Part shown: positions 36,618 to 44,020 of the stretch, piece after piece
Layout: every line of letters starts with the position of its first letter
Position numbering within the stretch: position 1 is the first letter of the stretch
Source of the DNA: Bacteroidaceae bacterium
GTDB taxonomy: Bacteria > Bacteroidota > Bacteroidia > Bacteroidales > Bacteroidaceae
DNA length: 52,012 nucleotides
Direction of reading: 5' to 3'
NCBI GenBank assembly: GCA_017961145.1
Contig: JAGCXU010000054.1
Span: forward strand, 1-52,012
Position numbers and translations under genes: made by a program
The notes under the pieces: generated by a model
What the model saw: only the letters and a program-made list of their open reading frames with translations
What the model was told of the DNA's origin: nothing
The model's database searches: none

Positions 36618-38363
36618 TTATTTTAATTGCTCTGAAGTTCTCACATAGGCTTTGATTGTCATGCATTCTCCTTGCAAAGGTTTGATGGTGTAGCGACCGA
36701 TGCAGGCTGGTATGATGAAGGTCTCGGCATAGTGCACCTCGAATGGTTCGAACTTGCCTTCTGGACTCTCAATGAGGGCTGCTTCGCCATCAACGAGGTT
36801 GAGGACGTTTACGCCACCATTTGTGTTGTGTTCAACAGGTTGGCTGAAAGTGTGCCTTCGTGTCTCGATGAACTCGTTTGGGTGTAGTCCGGTCCTTTCC
36901 TCTTTGATGCCATTCTCGTCGCTCAGTACTTCGAAGTGATTGGCAATCTGCGACTTGACGAAAGGTGTGGTGCGGTCCCATTGAATGACATACTTGCCGC
37001 GCTCTACATTGATGGGACGGGGTTTGCCGTCGAGTCCGAGTCGTGCCCAGTCCCAAAGTTTGAAGGTAAAGATACTGGGCGTAGAACTTATCTCGAGCAC
37101 CATGCTGTCGTGGCCGGAACAATGAATGGTACCTGCAGGAATAAGGTAGTGGTCGTGCTTCTTGGCTGGCAATTTGTTGACGTACTTTTCTGCATCAAAC
37201 AGTATCTCGCCTCTTTGAGCAGCTCGCAAGTCTTCAATCATCTGCACCTTGTCAACGCCTTCCTTCAAGCCGAGATAGACGACTGCGTTCTCGGCTGCAT
37301 CGAGCAGATAATAGCTCTCATCCTGAGTGTAAGGCAGCCCGAACTCTCTTTGAGCAAACTCGTTGGTGGGGTGCACTTGCAGGCTGAGGTTGCCGCCCTG
37401 CATAGTGTCGAGGAAGTCGAAACGAATGGGGAAACTCTTGCCAAAGCGATGCCAAACCTGCTGACCAAGCAATTCGCGAGTGTGAGCCAGGACAACATCT
37501 TGCGATGGCAACTCGAAGAGTGTTCCATCGGCTTCGAGATAAAGGCTGTTCTCTTCTGGTACGCAATCGAAGCACCAGCCATAGTTCTGCTCTTCTCGAG
37601 GCAGGTCGCACACCTCCTTCATCCATTGTCCACCCCAAGGTGCGGGGTCGAAGAAGGGAACGACGCGGAAAGGCTTGTGAGCAGTCCGCTCCAGTCCTTG
37701 TCGCATTTGGGCATCGGTAATCATCTTGGGCTCATTTCGCTGGTTCGAGTCAATCCAGAACTGGATGCGACCCTGCTGCATCAGCTCGTCTTTGTAGTGG
37801 TCGATGATGTTCCAGTCGTTGAAGTAGCCGCGTTTATATTGAACGGAAGGACTGTCCTCGCGATTGTCAATGCCGAGAGCCTTCACTTCGTGCCTGCGAA
37901 AGCGCTGCTGGATTTCCCAACGAGCCATGTCGGCGTAAGCCATTGACCATTGACCATTGACCATTGACCATTTTTCGGCCACGAAGGCTGCTCCTGTGCC
38001 TATGATAACGACGGGCTCCCCGATTTTGGATTTTGAATTTATTAATTTTGAATTATCAAAATATTCGTGAAGACGAATGTTCGACATGTATCCGAAGAGC
38101 ACATCATCCGTCATAAATCGCTCGGTGAGTTGCCGAATTTCCTCTTCCGGTCGCATCAAAGAGCGGGTTTCGATGACCTTTCTGCCTGTTTTTGCAAAGG
38201 CATTGATGAAATCTTCCTCGTAAGTGCCCGGGTAGAGGTCGATTGCCCAGACTGGTTCGTCGGCCCAAGCCTCGGAAAGTGTGCTGATAATGTTGTCCCA
38301 GCCACAAATAATGTTGCCTTCTATGTGTGTAGAGGGCTTTTTGTCGTAGTTGCTTTTTCTCAT
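36618..38363 (-). CDS. Long (581 aa) class I mannose-6-phosphate isomerase-like protein
   Basis: PAPWGGQWMKE and FPIRFDFLDTMQGGNLSLQVHP are cupin/PMI motifs. It is first in an operon with the ROK kinase and the MFS transporter. Confidence 0.75.
   Translation of the reverse strand: MRKSNYDKKPSTHIEGNIICGWDNIISTLSEAWADEPVWAIDLYPGTYEEDFINAFAKTGRKVIETRSLMRPEEEIRQLTERFMTDDVLFGYMSNIRLHEYFDNSKLINSKSKIGEPVVIIGTGAAFVAEKWSMVNGQWSMAYADMARWEIQQRFRRHEVKALGIDNREDSPSVQYKRGYFNDWNIIDHYKDELMQQGRIQFWIDSNQRNEPKMITDAQMRQGLERTAHKPFRVVPFFDPAPWGGQWMKEVCDLPREEQNYGWCFDCVPEENSLYLEADGTLFELPSQDVVLAHTRELLGQQVWHRFGKSFPIRFDFLDTMQGGNLSLQVHPTNEFAQREFGLPYTQDESYYLLDAAENAVVYLGLKEGVDKVQMIEDLRAAQRGEILFDAEKYVNKLPAKKHDHYLIPAGTIHCSGHDSMVLEISSTPSIFTFKLWDWARLGLDGKPRPINVERGKYVIQWDRTTPFVKSQIANHFEVLSDENGIKEERTGLHPNEFIETRRHTFSQPVEHNTNGGVNVLNLVDGEAALIESPEGKFEPFEVHYAETFIIPACIGRYTIKPLQGECMTIKAYVRTSEQLK
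37940..37972 (-). repeat. In-frame heptanucleotide tandem repeat, (CCATTGA) x4.7 on the plus strand, inside the PMI-like CDS
   Basis: Read directly. It encodes KWSMVNGQWSM at about residues 131-141. Confidence 0.9.
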
Positions 38364-38383
38364 AAATGTTCCTTATTCTTTTG

Positions 38384-38391
38384 CAAAGATA
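38384..38391 (-). promoter_or_regulatory. -7 box TATCTTTG for the PMI-ROK-MFS operon
   Basis: The minus strand reads CACTATCTTTGCAAAAG, 21 nt upstream of the ATG at 38363. Confidence 0.5.
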
Positions 38392-38455
38392 GTGAAAAAC
38401 AATCGAGAAGGCAAAAGAAAGATGGAAATATGTGAGAAAATAAATTCTTTTTACC

Positions 38456-38463
38456 TATCTTTG
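38456..38463 (+). promoter_or_regulatory. -7 box TATCTTTG for gpx
   Basis: ACCTATCTTTGCAAAGC lies 33 nt upstream of the ATG at 38496. It shares the CTATCTTTGCAAA core with the divergent promoter. Confidence 0.5.
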
Positions 38464-38495
38464 CAAAGCAAAACAACCAAAACCACCCATTCATT

Positions 38496-39119
38496 ATGCG
38501 ACACAAAACATTTTTCTCAATCTTAGCAGTCGTTTTTTGCCTGCTATCTTGTAAAACCAGCTCGACGAACACGATTTATCAATTCAGCGCTCTTTCGAAC
38601 AAGGGGCAGGAAGTGAACTTTGCCGACTACAAAGGCAAGGTGCTTCTCATCGTCAATACAGCCTCTAAGTGTGGTTTCACGCCTCAATACGACGGACTGG
38701 AGGCGCTCTATCAGAAGTATGTGGACCGCGGACTGGTCGTTATCGGCTTCCCTTGCGACCAGTTTGGGCATCAAGAACCGGGTACGAATGAGGAAATCGA
38801 GGAGTTCTGCCGTGTAAATCATGGCGTCACCTTCCCCCTTATGTCGAAGATTGAAGTGAACGGCGAGAATGCTCATCCCATCTACAAATGGCTGGAGAGT
38901 CAGGCTGGTTTTGCCGGCTTCGCAGCCGACCATCCGCTCTCGAATCTGATGGACCAGATGCTTTCCAAAGGTGATCCCGATTATGCGTCGAAGCCCGATA
39001 TCAAGTGGAATTTCACGAAGTTCCTGATTGACCGAAAGGGCAAAGTCGTGGGCCGTTTCGAGCCGACAGTTGAGCCTGCTCAGTTGGAAAAACCGATAGA
39101 AGAACAATTGCAGGAGTAA
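38496..39119 (+). CDS. Glutathione peroxidase-family protein with a lipoprotein-type signal
   Basis: NTASKCGFTPQY (Cys-type active site), FPCDQFGHQEPG and WNFTKFLIDRKG. The N-terminal signal ends in LLSC. Confidence 0.9.
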   Translation: MRHKTFFSILAVVFCLLSCKTSSTNTIYQFSALSNKGQEVNFADYKGKVLLIVNTASKCGFTPQYDGLEALYQKYVDRGLVVIGFPCDQFGHQEPGTNEEIEEFCRVNHGVTFPLMSKIEVNGENAHPIYKWLESQAGFAGFAADHPLSNLMDQMLSKGDPDYASKPDIKWNFTKFLIDRKGKVVGRFEPTVEPAQLEKPIEEQLQE

Positions 39120-40223
39120 ATGGACAGAAGTCAGGAAATCATTCGTACCAGTTGGATAGGCATCGCAGCCAATGTCCTGCTGGCAGGTTTCAAGGCCGGA
39201 GTGGGCATTCTTGCCAGTTCGGTAGCCATCGTGATGGATGCCGTCAACAACCTGAGCGATGCCTTGTCGAGCGTCATTACCATTGTGGGCACAAAGCTCT
39301 CGCAGCGACCTCCCGACCGCAAACATCCCTTTGGATTCGGAAGAGTGGAGTACTTCAGCGCCATCATCATCGCAGTCATAGTCTTGTCGGCAGGTATCAC
39401 CTCGCTCATCGAGTCTGTCAAGAAGATTTTTGCCCCGACAGAGCCGACCTACACGACCTTGACACTTGTGGTCATCGTGGTGGCTATCGTGGTAAAACTC
39501 GCTCTCGGACAATATGTTAAGCGCAAAGGTGAGCAGTTGAAGAGCGATGCCCTGATAGCTTCTGGCTCCGATGCTTTGTTCGATGCTGTCATCACATTGG
39601 CAACGCTTGTCTCAGCAGGAATTATGCTGATTTGGGGTGTCTCTCTCGATGGCATTCTCGGTGCCTTGATTTCCGTCGTCATCATAAAAGCGGGTATTGA
39701 GATGCTTGCCTCGCCTGTCAATGAGTTGCTTGGCACGAGCATTTCTGCAGAACTCACCAGCCAAATCAAGAAGGAGGTGTCGGAGTTCGAGGGCGTGCAT
39801 GGCGTTTACGACTTCATCCTGCACAATTATGGTCCGGACATGATGATTGGTTCGCTCCACATCAATGTCTATGATACGATGTCGGCTCACGAAATACATG
39901 GACTGACACGAAAAATCACCATGCAAATGATTGAGCGCCACAACATAATCATGACTGTTGGCGTGTATGCCATTGCTACTGGCGAGAATCGTCGGGCAGA
40001 ACTGCAGACAAAGGTGATGCAGATGCTTGCCGCTCATCGGGAAATCGTCCAAGTGCATGGTTTTTACTATTCCGAGAAGGACAATATGCTCTCTGTTGAC
40101 GTCGTTCCCGACATTTCCGTCCACGATGATGCCGCTCTTGTAAGTCAACTTGCTGCCGAACTCCAACCTCTGGTGCCCGAAATGCAGGTTGTCATCGTAG
40201 TAGATCACAATTATAGCGAATAA
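39120..40223 (+). CDS. Cation diffusion facilitator (CDF) family metal efflux transporter
   Basis: Six TM helices plus a C-terminal cytoplasmic domain, with a typical CDF N-terminus (IGIAANVLLAGFK...DAVNNLSD). Confidence 0.85.
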   Translation: MDRSQEIIRTSWIGIAANVLLAGFKAGVGILASSVAIVMDAVNNLSDALSSVITIVGTKLSQRPPDRKHPFGFGRVEYFSAIIIAVIVLSAGITSLIESVKKIFAPTEPTYTTLTLVVIVVAIVVKLALGQYVKRKGEQLKSDALIASGSDALFDAVITLATLVSAGIMLIWGVSLDGILGALISVVIIKAGIEMLASPVNELLGTSISAELTSQIKKEVSEFEGVHGVYDFILHNYGPDMMIGSLHINVYDTMSAHEIHGLTRKITMQMIERHNIIMTVGVYAIATGENRRAELQTKVMQMLAAHREIVQVHGFYYSEKDNMLSVDVVPDISVHDDAALVSQLAAELQPLVPEMQVVIVVDHNYSE

Positions 40224-40235
40224 AACTTATATATT

Positions 40236-40418
40236 ATGAAGTACCCCTGTGAGAATTGCAAGCTTCGAGCTCAGTATGACAAGAATCCCAAGTCGCTAAT
40301 CGGCCGTTTTTGGCGTTGGCAAATCAATTTCTGCCCCAGTTGGCGTGGCTATTTCAAGTCTTTGCCACCTGAAAAGCAGGAAGAACTCCGCAAGAAATAC
40401 AATTTCCATAAGTATTGA
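40236..40418 (+). CDS. Small Cys/Trp-rich hypothetical protein (60 aa)
   Basis: ATG-initiated ORF filling the gap between the CDF and flavoprotein genes, with CxxC ... FCPSW. No family was recognised. Confidence 0.45.
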   Translation: MKYPCENCKLRAQYDKNPKSLIGRFWRWQINFCPSWRGYFKSLPPEKQEELRKKYNFHKY

Positions 40419-40436
40419 ACCCCAACGATAAGAACC

Positions 40437-40973
40437 ATGAAAAAGGTAATTGTAATCTCAACGAGCCTGCGTCGTGGCTCGAACAGCGACATGCTCGCTG
40501 ACAAGTTTGTCGAGGGAGCCAAGGCTGCCGGAAACGATGTCGAGAAGATTTCCCTCGTGGGAAAGAATATCGGGTTTTGCCGAGGTTGTCTGGCTTGCCA
40601 GAAACTGGGACGATGCGTCATCAACGACGATGTGAACGACATCATGGCTAAGGTGCTTCAGGCCGATGTGGTGGCTTGGGCAACACCCATCTACTACTAT
40701 GAGATGAGCGGGCAGATGAAGACTCTCATAGACCGCATGAATGCGATGTATGAGCAGGACTATCAGTTCCGAGACATCTATCTTCTGACCACTGCTGCCG
40801 ACGAAGATGAGCAGGCTCCGAAGCGCGCTGAAACGGGGCTGACGGGCTGGCTGGACTGCTACCCGAAGACACGTTTGGCTGGCTCGATTTTCTGTGGCGG
40901 TGTGAACGACCCTCGCGAGATTGAGGGCAATCCGAAACTGCAAGAGGCTTGCGAGCTGGGGAAGGGGATTTGA
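40437..40973 (+). CDS. Flavodoxin-like NAD(P)H-dependent FMN reductase / iron-sulfur flavoprotein-like
   Basis: Begins MKKVIVISTSLRRGSNS, with the cysteine cluster CRGCLACQKLGRC. Confidence 0.75.
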   Translation: MKKVIVISTSLRRGSNSDMLADKFVEGAKAAGNDVEKISLVGKNIGFCRGCLACQKLGRCVINDDVNDIMAKVLQADVVAWATPIYYYEMSGQMKTLIDRMNAMYEQDYQFRDIYLLTTAADEDEQAPKRAETGLTGWLDCYPKTRLAGSIFCGGVNDPREIEGNPKLQEACELGKGI

Positions 40974-41056
40974 GCGAGTTCATAGTTGACTATCGTCGAG
41001 CTAAAGCTTCACAGTTGTAAATTCAACATTATAGACTTCAATTTTCAATTCTCAAC

Positions 41057-41680
41057 ATGAAAGTATTACTAATAAACGGAAGTCCTCGCAAAAGTGGCAA
41101 CACGTTTTTGGCATTGAGCGAGGCAGCAAAGACACTCGAGAAGAACGGCATCGAGACTGAAATCGTGCAGATTGGCGTGAAGCCTGTCCGTGGATGTATC
41201 GCTTGCGGGCAATGCCTGACAAAGCAGTTGGGGCGTTGTGCCTTCGACGATGACATCTGCAATCGCATTTCCGAGAAACTCGACGAGATAGATGCCCTTA
41301 TCATCGGCTCACCCGTCTATTACGGACAACCCAATGGCAGCGTCCTCTCGCTCGTCCAGCGCATGTTCTTCTCAGCAGGCAAGAAGGTGCAGAACAAGCC
41401 TGCAGCAGCCGTCTGCGTATGTCGCAGAGGTGGTGCGACAGCCGCTTTCGAGACCATGAACATGCCTTTCCAGATGATGAACATGCCCGTTGTCACTTCG
41501 CAGTATTGGAATATCGTCTATGGCCGTGAGGAAGGGCAGGCAGCACTCGACAAAGAGGGCATGCAGACCATGCGAACCCTTGCAAACAACATGGCTTGGC
41601 TCCTGAAGAAGATTCATGCAGACGGCAATCCCGGCTATCCCCAGCGAGAACAGTGGGAACCGATGCACTTCATCAGGTGA
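41057..41680 (+). CDS. Iron-sulfur flavoprotein-like flavodoxin family protein (paralog of the upstream gene)
   Basis: Begins MKVLLINGSPRKSGNT, with the cysteine cluster GCIACGQCLTKQLGRC. Confidence 0.75.
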   Translation: MKVLLINGSPRKSGNTFLALSEAAKTLEKNGIETEIVQIGVKPVRGCIACGQCLTKQLGRCAFDDDICNRISEKLDEIDALIIGSPVYYGQPNGSVLSLVQRMFFSAGKKVQNKPAAAVCVCRRGGATAAFETMNMPFQMMNMPVVTSQYWNIVYGREEGQAALDKEGMQTMRTLANNMAWLLKKIHADGNPGYPQREQWEPMHFIR

Positions 41681-41785
41681 AAAAGGGCATTTTTAAGCAC
41701 CATTTTTCGAGTAGAAAAGAGCAGAAAAAAGTCCAAATTTCTCGATGAAATGGGCGATTTTTGAACTTTTTCGGACTGGTAAACG

Positions 41786-41968
41786 ACAAAATGCAACAAA
41801 TGCAACAAATGCAACAAGCAAAAAAGAGACACAAAGCATCGTGCATATATAATTATATTATATCAATAATTACACTTATTCAACTATAATATACATATAA
41901 ATGCACCCTTTCTTCTCTCAAAAACAGGTGTTGCTTTTGTTGCTTTTGTTGACTTTGTTGATTTTTTT
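41786..41968. repeat. Inverted arrays of 9-bp units flanking an AT-rich core
   Basis: The left arm is (CAACAAATG) x3 at ~41786-41826. The right arm is GTTGCTTTT GTTGCTTTT GTTGACTTT GTTGATTTT at ~41929-41968, which is the reverse complement of CAACAAAAG-type units. The ~100-bp core is very AT-rich. Confidence 0.8.
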
Positions 41969-42160
41969 TGAAGTTTGCCGATGAGGCGTACTAACTTTGT
42001 CAACTTCACACGTGAACTTGCTCAACTTCGCTGCCTTCGTTGGCAAACTTAACGTGTCATGTTTGCAATTTTAACGTGTGATGTTTGCAATCTTTGCCTG
42101 TGAAGTTTCTCGATATCGCCTGAAATGGTGCGCGTTTTGCTATGTGCAGTTTGCAATCCG
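41964..42160 (+). repeat. Largest array of the 22-bp-unit family (about seven phased units)
   Basis: Phased units start at 41986, 42008, 42030, 42052, 42074 and 42096. The best are ACGTGTCATGTTTGCAATTTTA and ACGTGTGATGTTTGCAATCTTT. A further GCAGTTTGCAATCC lies near 42147. Confidence 0.8.
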
Positions 42161-42235
42161 AATACTTTAATAAAAATTTTTATTTTACGTTGTAAAATAA
42201 TTGTCAAATTATTTGGAATTTCATGAGAAATGTTG

Positions 42236-42243
42236 TATCTTTG
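42236..42243 (+). promoter_or_regulatory. -7 box TATCTTTG with a -33 TTTG (42212-42215) for pepC
   Basis: TTTG-N20-TATCTTTG lies 31 nt upstream of the ATG at 42274. Confidence 0.55.
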
Positions 42244-42273
42244 CACTCGAAATAATAAATAAATAAAATAGCA

Positions 42274-43641
42274 ATGAAAAAGGCAATTATCTACACATTG
42301 GCAATGATGTTCTGCATGCTGGCAAGTGCGCAGACAAGCATTACTCCCGAAGTGCTCAAGCAGCTCGAAGGCAGCTATACCGGTACGCCTGCCGAGAAGG
42401 CTCTGCGCAATGCCATCAGCAACGTTGGCATCGCCAAGATGGCCATCAACCAGGAGAATGCAGGTGCCAAGGATAAAAACTTCGGTATCGAAGTGAAGAA
42501 TACGGGTATCACCGACCAGAAGAGTAGTGGTCGCTGCTGGCTCTTTACGGGGCTTAATGTGCTGAGAGGCAGGGCGATGAAGGAGCTCGACACGAAGAAT
42601 TTCGTCCTCAGTCAGTGCTACCTCTTCTTCTTCGACCAGCTCGAGAAGAGCAACCTCTTCCTGCAAGGCATCATCGACACCCGCAAGCAGCCCATCGATA
42701 GCGAGATGGTACGCTGGCTCTTCCAGCATCCGCTCTCCGACGGCGGCACCTACACTGGTGTGGCCGACCTTGCCACAAAGTATGGCGTCGTACCTGCCGA
42801 CATTATGCCCGAAACCTATGTCAGCAACAGTACAAGCGAGTTCTGCGGTCACCTGAAACGGAAACTGCGCGAGTTTGGCATCACCCTTCGCGAAAAGGGC
42901 GAGGCAGGCATGAGCGAGAAGCAGTTGCAAGCCCTCAAGGTGGAGCAATTGGGCACCGTCTACAAGATGCTCGTCATGGCCTACGGTGTGCCTCCCACAA
43001 AGTTCACTTGGAAAGACAAGACCTATACGCCGCAAGAGTTCTTCAAGGCTTACTGCATCGAGGATGGCGAGGATCTCAACAAGGACTATGTCATGCTCAT
43101 GAACGACCCCAGCCGCCCCTTTGGTAAGGTCTATGAGATTGACTACGACCGCCATGTCTATGATGGGCACAACTGGCTCTACGTCAACCTGCCCATCGAG
43201 GAGCTGGAGAGCATCGCCATCGCTTCGCTGAAGGACAGTTGCCAGATGTATTTCAGCTGCGACGTTGGCAAGTTCCTCGATCGCAGTGTGGGCATTGCCG
43301 ACATCAACAACTTCGACTACGGAAGCCTCCTCGGAACGACCTTCGGCATGAACAAGAAGCAGCGCATCCAGACCTTCGACAGCGGCAGCACCCATGCCAT
43401 GACCTTGATGGCGGTGGACCTCGATGGCGAGGGCAAGGCGAAGAAGTGGAAGGTGGAGAACAGCTGGGGTTCGGACAGCGGACAGAACGGCTACATCATC
43501 ATGACCGACGAGTGGTTCCGCGAGTACATGTTCCGCGTCGTAGTGAACCGCAAGTTCTGTCCTGAATCTGTCCTCGAGTTGCTCAAGCAGAAGCCAGTTC
43601 GCTTGCCGGCATGGGACCCGATGTTTAGCGAGGAGGATTAA
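42274..43641 (+). CDS. pepC: Aminopeptidase C / bleomycin hydrolase-type C1B cysteine peptidase
   Basis: 455 aa, with the active-site context QKSSGRCWLFTGLNVLR and HAMTLMAVD ... ENSWG. Confidence 0.88.
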   Translation: MKKAIIYTLAMMFCMLASAQTSITPEVLKQLEGSYTGTPAEKALRNAISNVGIAKMAINQENAGAKDKNFGIEVKNTGITDQKSSGRCWLFTGLNVLRGRAMKELDTKNFVLSQCYLFFFDQLEKSNLFLQGIIDTRKQPIDSEMVRWLFQHPLSDGGTYTGVADLATKYGVVPADIMPETYVSNSTSEFCGHLKRKLREFGITLREKGEAGMSEKQLQALKVEQLGTVYKMLVMAYGVPPTKFTWKDKTYTPQEFFKAYCIEDGEDLNKDYVMLMNDPSRPFGKVYEIDYDRHVYDGHNWLYVNLPIEELESIAIASLKDSCQMYFSCDVGKFLDRSVGIADINNFDYGSLLGTTFGMNKKQRIQTFDSGSTHAMTLMAVDLDGEGKAKKWKVENSWGSDSGQNGYIIMTDEWFREYMFRVVVNRKFCPESVLELLKQKPVRLPAWDPMFSEED

Positions 43642-43642
43642 T

Positions 43643-44008
43643 ATGGAAACAACCAGACAAAACAAGATAGCACGCCTCATTCAAAAGGAGCTGAGCGACA
43701 TCTTCCAGAAGCAGACAAGTGCGATGAGAGGCGTTTTGGTGAGCGTCAGTGCTTGTCGCATCAGCCCGGATCTGAGCGTCTGTCGCGTCTATCTCAGCGT
43801 CTTCCCAAGCGAGAAGGCCGAAGAGATAGTGCAGAACATCAATACTAACCAGCGACAGGTTCGCTACGAGCTTGGCACAAGAGTCGGCAAGCAGCTTCGC
43901 ATCATCCCTGAACTCAAGTTCTTCGTGGACGATTCATTAGACTACGTTGAGCATATCGACGAACTGCTGAAAGCCTCTCCTGGCCCCTCTCAGGGAGAGG
44001 AAAACTAA
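43643..44008 (+). CDS. rbfA: Ribosome-binding factor A
   Basis: 121 aa, beginning METTRQNKIARLIQKELSDIF. The last ~12 codons run into a G/C hairpin element. Confidence 0.88.
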   Translation: METTRQNKIARLIQKELSDIFQKQTSAMRGVLVSVSACRISPDLSVCRVYLSVFPSEKAEEIVQNINTNQRQVRYELGTRVGKQLRIIPELKFFVDDSLDYVEHIDELLKASPGPSQGEEN

Positions 44009-44020
44009 AGTGGCAAGCGG

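Noticed and set aside
38384-38463. The shared CTATCTTTGCAAA sequence in the two divergent promoters (PMI operon and gpx) could be a common operator.
   Set aside because: The shared part is essentially the generic -7 box TAnnTTTG plus a few flanking bases, so it is adequately explained as two ordinary promoters.
41721-41790. There is apparent similarity between 41721-41790 and 51881-51950 (shared CCAAATTTC...TCGAT...GGCGATTTT words).
   Set aside because: Only short words match, several gaps are needed, and one block has a different order. This is not convincing by eye, and a proper local alignment would be needed before calling it a repeat.
41635-41832. A 65-aa minus-strand ORF lies in the long intergenic region, and another lies at the window end (51810-52007).
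   Set aside because: Their sequences are dominated by translated repeats (LLHLLHLLH from the 9-mer array). There is no promoter or start context, and the second ORF starts upstream of the only plausible minus-strand promoter. Both are judged spurious.
41964-42160. The 22-bp tandem arrays could be CRISPR arrays.
   Set aside because: The units abut directly with no unique spacers, are degenerate rather than near-identical, have only 3-7 copies, and no cas genes are present.
42049-43680. A 543-aa ORF on the minus strand covers all of pepC. There are similar full-length antisense ORFs at 47529-48839, 48872-50260, 50291-51298, 45265-46416, 19100-20080, 20102-21037, 15586-16482, 36936-37946 and 38544-39512.
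   Set aside because: Each lies exactly opposite a gene with strong family signatures. Their translations are low-complexity (rich in L, A, V, H, E and G) with no recognisable motifs. Stop-free antisense frames are expected where sense codons end mostly in G or C. They are treated as shadow ORFs, not overlapping genes.
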